NCBI GenBank assembly: GCA_023416955.1
Contig: JAEZGM010000038.1
Coordinates: forward strand, 18,648-82,647
Source: Bacillota bacterium
Lineage (GTDB): Bacteria > Bacillota > Clostridia > Oscillospirales > Acutalibacteraceae
DNA: 64,000 nucleotides
Reading direction: 5' to 3'
Position 1 is the first letter of the stretch. Each line of letters starts with the position of its first letter. The position numbers and the translations under genes were made by a program. The notes beneath the pieces are model-generated. The model saw only the letters and a program-made list of their open reading frames with translations. It was not told where the DNA came from and did not search any database. Of the stretch, positions 26,479 to 36,146 are shown piece by piece.

Positions 26479-27546
26479 ATTAATGTAGTTTTAGCAATCA
26501 TTGCTATTCTTCTGTTTGGATTTATTATTTTTATTCATGAATTCGGCCATTTCTTTACCGCAAAGCTGTCCGGAATTCGTGTGAATGAGTTTGCAATCGG
26601 TATGGGCCCTGCGCTTTTCCACTTTACAAAAGGTGAAACGCAGTATACTCTCCGTGCTTTCCCAATCGGCGGCTACTGCGCAATGGAAGGGGAAGACGAA
26701 GACAGCGAGGACGAGCGCGCGTTCAATAAAAAGCCTATTTGGAAGCGTGTTCTTGTTGTCGTAATGGGCGCCGTTATGAATGTTCTTCTCGGCTTAATAT
26801 TGATGATGATCATTCTGGTACAGCAGCCTGCGTTCAACTCCACCACGATTGCGAAATTCAATGATGGAGCCGCCACGCAGGCTGCGGGCTTACAGGTAGG
26901 TGATACGTTTACCAGCGTTGACGGCTACCGGATTTACGGTGACCGTGACCTTAGCTTTGCCCTTTCCACGGCCAACCCGAATAAAGTTGACCTCCAGATT
27001 ATTCGTAACGGGAAACCGATGGAATTTAAGGATGTAAAGTTCAACACGAAAACAACAGACGGCAAGAAAATCCTCGCGCTCGATTTCTATGTGGAAGCGG
27101 TTCCGAAGAATGTGGGAACGCTGATTGTAAAGTCTGGGCAGGATACCGTCTCAACCGTGCGCATTGTCTGGTTCAGCCTGGTAGGGCTCGTGAGCGGAAA
27201 ATTTAGCATGAATGACATTGCGGGCCCTGTTGGGGCCGCTAATGCGATTGGTGAAGCTGCGAGTATCGGTCTTCAGCAGAGCTTTGTTGCCGCGCTCAAC
27301 AATATTCTAATGATGATGATGATGATCACCGTCAACCTGGGCGTTGTAAATCTTCTGCCGTTCCCGGCGCTTGACGGCGGCAGACTGGTATTTCTGATTG
27401 TGGAGGGAATCCGCCGTAAGCCGGTTAACCCGAAGTACGAGGGCTGGGTGAACGCGGCAGGGTTCTTTGTGCTGATCGGTTTTATGGTGCTCGTCACCTA
27501 CAGTGATATTTTAAGGTTGGTAACAGGAAAAGGACTGGGGTCATAA
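26479..27546 (+). CDS. rseP: Site-2 (RIP) zinc metalloprotease RseP/RasP; apparent non-canonical ATT start
   Basis: The catalytic HEFGH (26536-26550) lies upstream of the track's GTG 26581. The frame opens after TAA 26473-26475 and has no ATG, GTG or TTG before HEFGH. GAGGTGA lies 8 nt before ATT 26479. A PDZ domain and the C-terminal LDGG motif are present. Confidence 0.8.
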   Translation: MNVVLAIIAILLFGFIIFIHEFGHFFTAKLSGIRVNEFAIGMGPALFHFTKGETQYTLRAFPIGGYCAMEGEDEDSEDERAFNKKPIWKRVLVVVMGAVMNVLLGLILMMIILVQQPAFNSTTIAKFNDGAATQAAGLQVGDTFTSVDGYRIYGDRDLSFALSTANPNKVDLQIIRNGKPMEFKDVKFNTKTTDGKKILALDFYVEAVPKNVGTLIVKSGQDTVSTVRIVWFSLVGLVSGKFSMNDIAGPVGAANAIGEAASIGLQQSFVAALNNILMMMMMITVNLGVVNLLPFPALDGGRLVFLIVEGIRRKPVNPKYEGWVNAAGFFVLIGFMVLVTYSDILRLVTGKGLGS

Positions 27547-28589
27547 TGAGAAAATCAAGGACAGTTTACGCGGGCGGTGTGCCGATCGGCGGCGGAGCAA
27601 AGGTAACGGTTCAGTCCATGCTGAATGTACCGTCAACCGATTTGGAAGGCAGTGTCAGGCAGGCTGTGGAGCTGGAACAGGCGGGCTGTGAGATTATTCG
27701 TGCCGCTATCCCCAATATGGAAGCGGTGAAGCTGATTCCGGCCATAAAAGGTGCGGTGAAAATTCCGTTGGTTGCCGATATTCATTTTGACTATCGTCTT
27801 GCGCTGGAGTCCGTGGCCGCGGGAATTGATAAAATTCGGATTAATCCCGGCAACATCGGCTCCGAATCCAGAGTGAAGGCGGTTGCCGATGCCTGCCGGG
27901 CTAAAAATATCCCCATTCGCATCGGGGTGAATTCCGGGTCACTGGAAAAGGAAATTTTGGCGAAATACGGTGGCCCGACCCCGGAAGCGCTTGTGGAAAG
28001 CGCAATGTACCACGCTTCGCTGCTTGAAAAATATGACTTTCATGATATCGTCATATCCATTAAATCCTCCGATGTGGACACGATGATATGTGCCTACGAG
28101 CTTGCCGCGCAGCGATGTGATTATCCGCTGCATCTTGGTGTTACGGAGGCCGGTACCGAACGAATGGGACTGTTGAAGTCCGCAATCGGCATCGGTTCCC
28201 TTTTGCAGCGCGGCATTGGCGATACCATACGGGTATCGCTGACCGCCGACCCTGTCTGCGAAGTGGCGGCAGGGTACGACATTTTAAAAGCGCTGAATCT
28301 GCAGCAGACAGGAATTCAGTTTGTTTCCTGCCCGACCTGTGGAAGAACGCGGATTGATTTAATCGGCATTGCCAATGAAGTGGAACGGCGTCTTGCCGGA
28401 AACCCGAAAAATATTAAGGTAGCTGTAATGGGCTGCGCGGTAAACGGCCCGGGCGAGGCCCGCGAGGCCGATATAGGGATTGCCGGCGGCGACAGTGTGG
28501 GACTGATCTTTAAAAAAGGGGAAATTGTTCGAAAAGTTCCCGAGGACGAATTGGTAGATTGTTTAATGGAAGAGATTGACAAACTGTAA
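27546..28589 (+). CDS. ispG: 4-hydroxy-3-methylbut-2-enyl-diphosphate synthase
   Basis: 347 aa with GcpE motifs (RINPGNIG, SCPTCGRT, MGCAVNGPGE). Confidence 0.95.
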   Translation: MRKSRTVYAGGVPIGGGAKVTVQSMLNVPSTDLEGSVRQAVELEQAGCEIIRAAIPNMEAVKLIPAIKGAVKIPLVADIHFDYRLALESVAAGIDKIRINPGNIGSESRVKAVADACRAKNIPIRIGVNSGSLEKEILAKYGGPTPEALVESAMYHASLLEKYDFHDIVISIKSSDVDTMICAYELAAQRCDYPLHLGVTEAGTERMGLLKSAIGIGSLLQRGIGDTIRVSLTADPVCEVAAGYDILKALNLQQTGIQFVSCPTCGRTRIDLIGIANEVERRLAGNPKNIKVAVMGCAVNGPGEAREADIGIAGGDSVGLIFKKGEIVRKVPEDELVDCLMEEIDKL

Positions 28590-28603
28590 AGGATGAATAC
28601 CCC

Positions 28604-31600
28604 GTGAAAACATTTGGTGAATTTTTCGGCAGCTACATAGAGACGGACAGGCTTCCCGACGCGGTGAGGGGTGGCCTGATTTCACAGCTGCAAATTGACA
28701 GCAACAATCGAATTATTACCGCGGAAGTGGCGTTTCCATCTTTGGTGGAACGCCGCGTGCTTTATGATGTGGAAAATAAGATTGTATCCTGTAAAGACCT
28801 GAAGCTTGCCAAGGCAAATATTCTTCCCAAATTCCCATCCGAAAGCTTCTGTGTGGAATATTACCCCAATCTGGTATTGGAGCTGAAACGGCGGGAAGCC
28901 AGCATTAACGGTACTCTCACGGATTCCGCCGCACGAATGGAGAACGATACCCTGATCATTACGCTGACACATGGCGGACAGGATTTATTGCAGTCCCGCC
29001 GTGTGGATCATACAATTTCAAAAATGATTCAGGAAGAGTTCGGCATCCGGCTTAAAGTGGAATTTGACGGCGTGCTGTCTATTGACAGTAACAGCACGGT
29101 TTACATAGAAAAACAGCAGAAGGTACAGGAAAAGAAACAGCGCGAAGCGATCGTGGAAGAGGTAGAAGGTTATGAGACGAGCCTGAACCGCCAGTACGCG
29201 CCGAAGACCATCAGCGTACGAAGCGGCGACATGTTGATGCCAACCATTATTCCGGAGAGCATCCGCGATCTTTACGGGCGCGCCTCCAAATCGAAGCCGA
29301 TTCCGATCAGCAGGGTGACACCGGATATCGGAAGCGTCACAATCTGGGGCGAGATTTTCTCTATTACAGACAAGCTGACGCGCGATCAGCAGCGTAAGAT
29401 TTATTCGATCAATATCACCGATTACACCGGCTCCATGACGTTGAAAATCATCGAAATGACCGCGCAGTGCAAAGCGCTGGATACGCTGAAGCAGGGCATG
29501 AGCATCGTGGTGCGCGGCGATGTGGAATATGACAAATACGATCATGAAATCGTGCTTCGCCCCAAAAGTATCAGTACGGCGGAGCAGGTAAAGGTGGTTG
29601 ACAAGGCAGATGTAAAGCGTGTGGAGCTTCATCTGCATACGACCATGTCAAGTATGGACGGCGTTAATTCTGCCGCCGACCTGATTACGCGTGCTGCCGA
29701 CTGGGGACACCGGGCAATTGCGATTACCGACCACGGTGTGGCACAGGCGTTTCCGGAAGCGATGAATACTGCGGAAAGCCTGAAAAAGAAGGGCAAAGAG
29801 ATTAAGGTTATTTACGGGGTGGAGGCATATTTCGTAAACGACCTGGTTCCCGCCGTCAAAGGGGAATCCGATGAACCGCTGAACGGAGAATTCATTTCTT
29901 TCGATATTGAAACAACGGGGTTAAGCCCCAATAATGACCGCATTACGGAAATCGGCGCGGTACGAATCCGAAACGGCGAAATCGTAGAAAGCTTTGATAC
30001 GTTCGTAGACCCGGAGCGCCCGATTCCGTCCAAAATTACGGAGCTGACCGGGATTACTGATGAAATGGTGCGCGGGGCGCCCTCCGAAAAGGAAGCAATT
30101 GCGTCCTTTTATCAGTTCTGCGGCAAAAATACGGTTCTGCTTGCCCATAACGCGGAGTTTGATACTTCCTTTATCCGGGTTGCAGCAAAGCGAAACGGCA
30201 TGGATTTTGATTATACCTATATCGATACGGTTCCGATGTGCCGTTCCATGCTGAAAGACATTAAGAACTGTAAGCTGGACACGGTTGCAAAATATTTAAA
30301 GCTGGATCCGTTCAATCATCACCGTGCCAGTGACGACGCCACGGTTCTGGGTAAAATTTTTATTAATCTGGTGAACCGGCTTCAGGAGGATATGCAGGCG
30401 AAAACGGTGATGGACATTAACTCCTCACTCGCCGGCGGTGACCCGAAAAAAATGAGATCCTATCATCAGATTATTCTGGTGAAGAATCAGACCGGCCTGA
30501 AAAATCTGTATAGATTGATTTCCAAGGCACATCTGGAGTATTTTTACCGCAATCCGCGCATACCCAAAAGCGAACTGATGAAGTACCGCGAGGGATTGTT
30601 GATTGGCAGCGCCTGTGAAGCGGGTGAGTTGTACCGCGCAATTGTATCGGCTCAGCCGTGGGAAACACTCTGCGAAATCGCGAATTTTTACGATTACCTT
30701 GAGATTCAGCCGCTGGGAAACAATGAATTCATGGTGCGCGACGGAGCGGTTCCAAACGAGGAAAAGCTGAAAGAGTTCAACCGTACGATCATTCGGCTTG
30801 GCGAAAAATTGAATAAGCCCGTGGTTGCAACCTGTGACGTCCATTTTATGGACCCGAAGGATGGGGATTACCGCAGAATTTTGATGGCGGGGCAGGGCTT
30901 TACCGATACGGACAATCAGGCGCCGCTTTACCTTCGCACCACGGAGGAAATGCTGAAGGAATTTGAATACCTCGGAAAAGAAAAAGCCTATGAGGTTGTG
31001 GTTAAGAACACCAATCTGATTGCGGATATGACGGAGGAAGTGCGCCCGATTCCCGAAGGTACGTTCCCTCCTTTCATCGAAGGTGCGGAAGAGCAGCTTA
31101 CATCAATCACATGGAGCCGCGCGAAAGAAATATACGGCGACCCGCTGCCCGAAATTGTACAGAAGCGCCTTGACCGCGAGCTGGGATCCATTACAAAGCA
31201 CGGATTTTCCATTCTGTACATGACTGCCCAAAAGCTGGTTGCCGATTCGGTGGAGCATGGTTACCTTGTCGGCTCGCGCGGTTCCGTCGGCTCGTCGTTC
31301 GTCGCGAACATGTCCGGTATTTCCGAAGTGAATCCGCTCGAACCGCACTATGTCTGCCCGAACTGTAAACACAGCGAATTTATTACCGACGGCAGCTACG
31401 GCAGCGGCTTTGACCTTCCGCCGAAAAAATGCCCGGCGTGCGGCGCCGATTACAACCGCGACGGGCACACCATTCCGTTTGAGACCTTTCTTGGCTTTGA
31501 TGGTGATAAGACGCCCGATATCGACCTGAATTTTTCCGGCGAATATCAGTCCAGCGCCCACCGCTATACAGAAACACTGTTCGGAAAAGACAATGTTTTC

Positions 31601-32944
31601 AAAGCCGGGACCATCGCTACGGTAGCGGACAAAACCGCCATCGGCTTTGTAAAGAAATATGCGGAGGGCAAAGGCATGGTTATGCACCGTGCGGAAGAAC
31701 TGCGCCTTGCGACCGGCTGTACCGGTATCAAGCGCACCACCGGTCAGCACCCCGGCGGCATGGTCGTTGTGCCGAAAGGCATGGATATTTATGATTTCTG
31801 CCCGGTGCAGCACCCGGCAAATGACCAGAATTCCGACAACATTACAACGCATTTCGACTTCCATTCCATTCATGACACCATCTGCAAGCTGGACGAGCTC
31901 GGCCATGATGTGCCGACCATTTACCGTTATCTGGAGGACTATACCGGCATTCCCGTGATGGAGGTTTCCATGAGCGACCCCGATGTAATGTCTCTGTTCA
32001 CTTCCACCGACGCGCTGGGTGTGACACCGGAGGACATCGATTCGCCGACCGGAACCTTCTCCCTGCCGGAAGTCGGCACCAGTTTCGTGCGCCAGATGCT
32101 GATGGATTCCCAGCCGAAAACATTTTCCGATTTGCTGCAGCTTTCCGGCCTGTCACACGGAACGGATGTCTGGCTGGGCAACGCACAGGATTTGATTAAA
32201 AGCGGGCAGTGCACGATTTCAGAGGTTATCGGAACGCGTGACAGTATTATGACTTATCTGCTGCTGAAGGGCCTCGAACCCAAAATGGCTTTTAAGATCA
32301 TGGAGATCGTGCGTAAGGGTAAGGCAAAAACACTGCTGACGGAAGAGCATATCAACGCGATGAAAGAGCATAATGTGCCTCAATGGTACATTGATTCCTG
32401 TATGAAAATCAAATATATGTTCCCGAAAGCGCATGCCGCGGCCTATATGATTTCGACACTGCGGCTTGGCTGGTACAAGGTACATAAACCGGTTGAATAT
32501 TATGCCGCCTATTTTACCGTGCGCGGAGAGGACTTTGACGGCGCAGCCGTGCTGCGGGGGCGCGACGCGGTGCGCCGCCGCATGAATGAAATCACAATGA
32601 AAGGCAAGGAAGCAAGCGCAAAAGAGGAATCGGAATACGCAACCTTCCAGATTGCCAATGAAATGCTGGCGCGCAAAATAGAAGTGCTTCCTGTTGACCT
32701 GTTCCGTTCCGACGCCAGAAAGTACCTGGTGGAGGACGGAAAAATCCGCCTGCCATTCTCGTCTCTGTCCGGTGTGGGCGAATCCGCAGCAAACAGCCTT
32801 GCTGCCGCAAAGGACGAAGGAACGTATATTTCTATTGACGATGTTCAGACGCGCTCCAAAGTGTCAAAATCGGTAATCGAAACATTATCAGCTGCAGGTG
32901 TGCTGGCGGGACTGCCGGCCAGCAGCCAAATGACATTATTTTGA
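28604..32944 (+). CDS. polC: DNA polymerase III alpha subunit, PolC type
   Basis: 1446 aa with an OB fold, a PHP domain (ELHLHT), an internal DnaQ-like exonuclease (FDIETTGL ... HRASDDA), a zinc finger and the polymerase core. Confidence 0.97.
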   Translation: MKTFGEFFGSYIETDRLPDAVRGGLISQLQIDSNNRIITAEVAFPSLVERRVLYDVENKIVSCKDLKLAKANILPKFPSESFCVEYYPNLVLELKRREASINGTLTDSAARMENDTLIITLTHGGQDLLQSRRVDHTISKMIQEEFGIRLKVEFDGVLSIDSNSTVYIEKQQKVQEKKQREAIVEEVEGYETSLNRQYAPKTISVRSGDMLMPTIIPESIRDLYGRASKSKPIPISRVTPDIGSVTIWGEIFSITDKLTRDQQRKIYSINITDYTGSMTLKIIEMTAQCKALDTLKQGMSIVVRGDVEYDKYDHEIVLRPKSISTAEQVKVVDKADVKRVELHLHTTMSSMDGVNSAADLITRAADWGHRAIAITDHGVAQAFPEAMNTAESLKKKGKEIKVIYGVEAYFVNDLVPAVKGESDEPLNGEFISFDIETTGLSPNNDRITEIGAVRIRNGEIVESFDTFVDPERPIPSKITELTGITDEMVRGAPSEKEAIASFYQFCGKNTVLLAHNAEFDTSFIRVAAKRNGMDFDYTYIDTVPMCRSMLKDIKNCKLDTVAKYLKLDPFNHHRASDDATVLGKIFINLVNRLQEDMQAKTVMDINSSLAGGDPKKMRSYHQIILVKNQTGLKNLYRLISKAHLEYFYRNPRIPKSELMKYREGLLIGSACEAGELYRAIVSAQPWETLCEIANFYDYLEIQPLGNNEFMVRDGAVPNEEKLKEFNRTIIRLGEKLNKPVVATCDVHFMDPKDGDYRRILMAGQGFTDTDNQAPLYLRTTEEMLKEFEYLGKEKAYEVVVKNTNLIADMTEEVRPIPEGTFPPFIEGAEEQLTSITWSRAKEIYGDPLPEIVQKRLDRELGSITKHGFSILYMTAQKLVADSVEHGYLVGSRGSVGSSFVANMSGISEVNPLEPHYVCPNCKHSEFITDGSYGSGFDLPPKKCPACGADYNRDGHTIPFETFLGFDGDKTPDIDLNFSGEYQSSAHRYTETLFGKDNVFKAGTIATVADKTAIGFVKKYAEGKGMVMHRAEELRLATGCTGIKRTTGQHPGGMVVVPKGMDIYDFCPVQHPANDQNSDNITTHFDFHSIHDTICKLDELGHDVPTIYRYLEDYTGIPVMEVSMSDPDVMSLFTSTDALGVTPEDIDSPTGTFSLPEVGTSFVRQMLMDSQPKTFSDLLQLSGLSHGTDVWLGNAQDLIKSGQCTISEVIGTRDSIMTYLLLKGLEPKMAFKIMEIVRKGKAKTLLTEEHINAMKEHNVPQWYIDSCMKIKYMFPKAHAAAYMISTLRLGWYKVHKPVEYYAAYFTVRGEDFDGAAVLRGRDAVRRRMNEITMKGKEASAKEESEYATFQIANEMLARKIEVLPVDLFRSDARKYLVEDGKIRLPFSSLSGVGESAANSLAAAKDEGTYISIDDVQTRSKVSKSVIETLSAAGVLAGLPASSQMTLF

Positions 32945-32974
32945 TTGACAAAGTGTAGTTTAGTGTGATATTAT
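32945..32974 (+). promoter_or_regulatory. Candidate sigma-A promoter of the his operon
   Basis: TTGACA (32945-32950), an 18-nt spacer, then TATTAT (32969-32974) with an upstream TG. It starts 1 nt after the polC stop. Confidence 0.5.
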
Positions 32975-33018
32975 ATTAGCATACTAAAGTAAAACGCAGT
33001 CAGGAGAACGCGGAAGCG

Positions 33019-34221
33019 ATGAAAAAATATAATAAAATAACACCGGAGGGTACGCAGGATCTTTTGTTCGAGGATTGCCTTGCACGCCGCCATGTCGAGA
33101 AAAAGCTTACAGATGTTTTTTTATCCCGGGGTTATCACGAGGTAGTCACACCGGGACTTGAATTTTACGATGTTTTTCATCCCGAGGTTTCCGGTATCGG
33201 GCAGGAAATCATGTATAAGACGACGGACCGCCGGGGGCGTCTGGTTGTGGTTCGGCCGGATTCAACGATGCCGATTGCCAGACTTACCGCGACACGGCTG
33301 CAGAATCAGCCGAAACCGGTTCGTTTATTCTATACGCAGCCGGTTTACCGCAACAATCCCGGGTTGACCGGGCGCAGCGACGAAACCGTACAGACTGGCA
33401 TAGAACTAATTGGCGCTTCGGGGCTTCGCGCTGATCTGGAGGTCATCGTTACAGCGGTTGAAGCGTTGGAACAGTGTATGCCGGACTTCCGGCTGGAATT
33501 GGGGCACGCGGGCTTTTTCCGGGCACTTGCCGAACAGCTCTCCGTCTCGGACGATACCCGCGAGGATATTCGGCAGGCGATAGAGTCTAAAAATTACGCG
33601 GCACTGGATATGATATTGAGTGCCCTACCGGATACACAGGCGGCAAGGGCTATCCGCAGACTTCCGCGCCTTTTCGGCGGGGAGGAGATTTTTACTCAGG
33701 CAATTCCGCTGTGCAGTGATGAAAAATCACTGAAAACGCTGGACTACCTGCATGAGCTTTACCGTTCATTGGCAGAACTGGGGCTGAACGACAGGGTCAT
33801 TGTCGACCTGGGATTGGTGCAGCGAAACGATTATTATACGGATATTGTTTTCAGCGCTTATGTACCGGAAGTCGGCGACGCTGTTTTGCTCGGCGGGCGT
33901 TACGACAACCTGCTCAGCCTATTTGACCTTCCCATGCCGGCCATCGGCTTTGCCTGCAATGTGGATGCCATTGCCAGGGTTATGGCGGCGGGCAGCAGTA
34001 CTCCGCGCATAAAGCCGGCTGAAATATTGGTTCACGGCGAACCCGGGCACGAAATCGAGGCGCTGCATTATGCGTCCAAACTTTCACGGAAGGGAATTCC
34101 GTGCGAGTCCAGCGTTTTTGAGACGCGGGAGGACGCGCTCGCCTACGCAAAAACATGCGGCATCAGCTCCGTTGTTTTCGTCGGCGAAACCACAACAACT
34201 GTAAAGCCGGAGGAAGAATGA
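33019..34221 (+). CDS. hisZ: ATP phosphoribosyltransferase regulatory subunit (HisRS paralogue)
   Basis: 400-aa class-II aaRS-like protein lying immediately upstream of a short-form hisG (211 aa), which requires HisZ. Confidence 0.85.
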   Translation: MKKYNKITPEGTQDLLFEDCLARRHVEKKLTDVFLSRGYHEVVTPGLEFYDVFHPEVSGIGQEIMYKTTDRRGRLVVVRPDSTMPIARLTATRLQNQPKPVRLFYTQPVYRNNPGLTGRSDETVQTGIELIGASGLRADLEVIVTAVEALEQCMPDFRLELGHAGFFRALAEQLSVSDDTREDIRQAIESKNYAALDMILSALPDTQAARAIRRLPRLFGGEEIFTQAIPLCSDEKSLKTLDYLHELYRSLAELGLNDRVIVDLGLVQRNDYYTDIVFSAYVPEVGDAVLLGGRYDNLLSLFDLPMPAIGFACNVDAIARVMAAGSSTPRIKPAEILVHGEPGHEIEALHYASKLSRKGIPCESSVFETREDALAYAKTCGISSVVFVGETTTTVKPEEE

Positions 34222-34222
34222 T

Positions 34223-34858
34223 ATGAGACCGCTTAGAATCGCGCTCACAAAGGGAAGGCTAGAGCAAAGCACCGTCGAATTGCTGGAAGCGATCGGCTGT
34301 GACTGTACGGCAGTCAGGGAAAAGGGAAGAAAGCTGATTCTTCCGGTCTCGGATCACCGGTTTGAAGTTGTTCTTGCAAAAGCGGCGGACGTGGTAACGT
34401 ACGTAGAACACGGCGTATGCGATTTAGGGGTCGTCGGCAAAGACACCATCATGGAAAATGGCAGCGGGTTTTATGAAGTGCTCGACTTGGGCTTTGGCAA
34501 GTGCCACTTTGTACTTGCCGGGCCGAAGGAGAAGAATTTTTTTAGCGGATACGCCGCGAAAACAATCGCCTCCAAATACCCGAATGTTACCCGGAATTAC
34601 TTTGAGCAGAAGGCAATGGACGTACGGGTAATCAAGATTGAGGGTTCCGTAGAACTGGCCCCGCTTCTGGGCCTTTCCGATGCGATTGTCGATATTATGG
34701 AGACCGGAACCACGCTCCGTGAAAACGGCTTAGAGGTCATTGAAACAATCTGTCCCATTTCGGCCAGGCTGATTGTAAACGCGGCCAGTATGAAGCTTCG
34801 CAAAGCGGAGATTGAAACGCTTGTCGGGCAGTTGGAACGCGCGAAGAAGGAGGGTTAA
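34223..34858 (+). CDS. hisG: ATP phosphoribosyltransferase, short form
   Basis: 211 aa with the signature DIMETGTTLRENGL. Confidence 0.93.
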   Translation: MRPLRIALTKGRLEQSTVELLEAIGCDCTAVREKGRKLILPVSDHRFEVVLAKAADVVTYVEHGVCDLGVVGKDTIMENGSGFYEVLDLGFGKCHFVLAGPKEKNFFSGYAAKTIASKYPNVTRNYFEQKAMDVRVIKIEGSVELAPLLGLSDAIVDIMETGTTLRENGLEVIETICPISARLIVNAASMKLRKAEIETLVGQLERAKKEG

Positions 34859-34859
34859 T

Positions 34860-36143
34860 ATGATTCCTATCATAAAAAAAGGCGGAACGCTCGGCCGCGA
34901 TTTTATCGCTCAGCTGAAACTGCGCACGGAAAACGCAAACAGCGCGGTGGATTCCGCCGTCGCTGAAATTATTGAAGCGGTTCGGCAAAGAGGCGACCAA
35001 GCCGTGAAAGAATTTACACTTCGGTTTGACGGCACTGCACCGGAACATACGGAAATCAGCCGTCAGGAGATGGAATCTCTGACGGAGCAATGTGACCCGG
35101 AATTTTTGTCCGCTTTGCAGCGCGCGGCAGAGAATATTACCGATTTCCACCAGCGCCAAAAGCAGCAAAGCTGGCTGAACACACAGGCAAACGGAGTTCT
35201 GATGGGGCAGCGTGTGCGCGGTCTGGCGAAAGTGGGGATTTATGTGCCCGGCGGCACGGCGGCATACCCTTCCTCCGTATTAATGAACGCCATTCCGGCG
35301 AAAATCGCCGGGGTCGGGGAGCTGATTATGGTAACGCCCCCCGGCAAAGACGGCAGGCCGAATCCTGACATTATGGCTGCCGCGCTTACGGCGGGCGTTG
35401 ACAGGGTCTTTCTGGTGGGCGGCGCACAGGCGGTCGCGGCGCTTGCTTTCGGTACGGAAACTATTCCAAAGGTGGACAAAATTGTGGGGCCCGGGAATAT
35501 TTACGTCGCGACAGCAAAAAAACATCTTTTCGGAACGGTCGACATTGATATGATTGCGGGGCCGAGCGAAATTCTGATTCTTGCTGATGAAACGGCAAAA
35601 CCGAAATTTCTGGCAGCCGATTTAATGTCACAGGCAGAACACGACGTGCTGGCCTCCGCCATTTTGCTGACAACGTCCGAAATAATTGCGGAGCAAACGG
35701 TGCAGCAGATTTATGAGCAGATTGAATCCCTGTCAAGAAAAGAAATTATTCACCAATCGCTTGACCGGTTCGGCGCAGTTATCGTGTGCAGCGATATGGA
35801 AGAAGCCGTGAATTTCGCGAACGAACTGGCACCGGAGCATCTGGAAATCTGTGCAGCGAACCCTATGGAATTCATCGGTAAAATTGATAACGCGGGCTCC
35901 GTATTTCTTGGAAACTATTCGCCGGAACCGCTGGGCGATTACTTTGCGGGGCCGAATCATGTGCTGCCGACCAGCGGCACGGCGCGTTTCTTTTCCCCGC
36001 TTTCCGTGGACAGCTTTGTGAAAAAATCCAGTTTTATTTATTATACGAAACAGGCGCTCGCGCTGGCGCAGCAGGACATTATCAAGCTGGCGGAAACAGA
36101 GGGACTGACCGCCCACGCAAATTCCATTAAAGTGAGGGGTTAA
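34860..36143 (+). CDS. hisD: Histidinol dehydrogenase
   Basis: The ATG follows GAAGGAGGG. Motifs include VGIYVPGG.A.YPSSVLM and SQAEHD. Confidence 0.95.
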   Translation: MIPIIKKGGTLGRDFIAQLKLRTENANSAVDSAVAEIIEAVRQRGDQAVKEFTLRFDGTAPEHTEISRQEMESLTEQCDPEFLSALQRAAENITDFHQRQKQQSWLNTQANGVLMGQRVRGLAKVGIYVPGGTAAYPSSVLMNAIPAKIAGVGELIMVTPPGKDGRPNPDIMAAALTAGVDRVFLVGGAQAVAALAFGTETIPKVDKIVGPGNIYVATAKKHLFGTVDIDMIAGPSEILILADETAKPKFLAADLMSQAEHDVLASAILLTTSEIIAEQTVQQIYEQIESLSRKEIIHQSLDRFGAVIVCSDMEEAVNFANELAPEHLEICAANPMEFIGKIDNAGSVFLGNYSPEPLGDYFAGPNHVLPTSGTARFFSPLSVDSFVKKSSFIYYTKQALALAQQDIIKLAETEGLTAHANSIKVRG

Positions 36144-36146
36144 ATC

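Noticed and set aside
26581-27546. GTG 26581 as the rseP start, as in the ORF track.
   Set aside because: That start would delete TM1 and the catalytic HEFGH motif, which are encoded in frame just upstream (26536-26550). The upstream extension also has a strong SD sequence.
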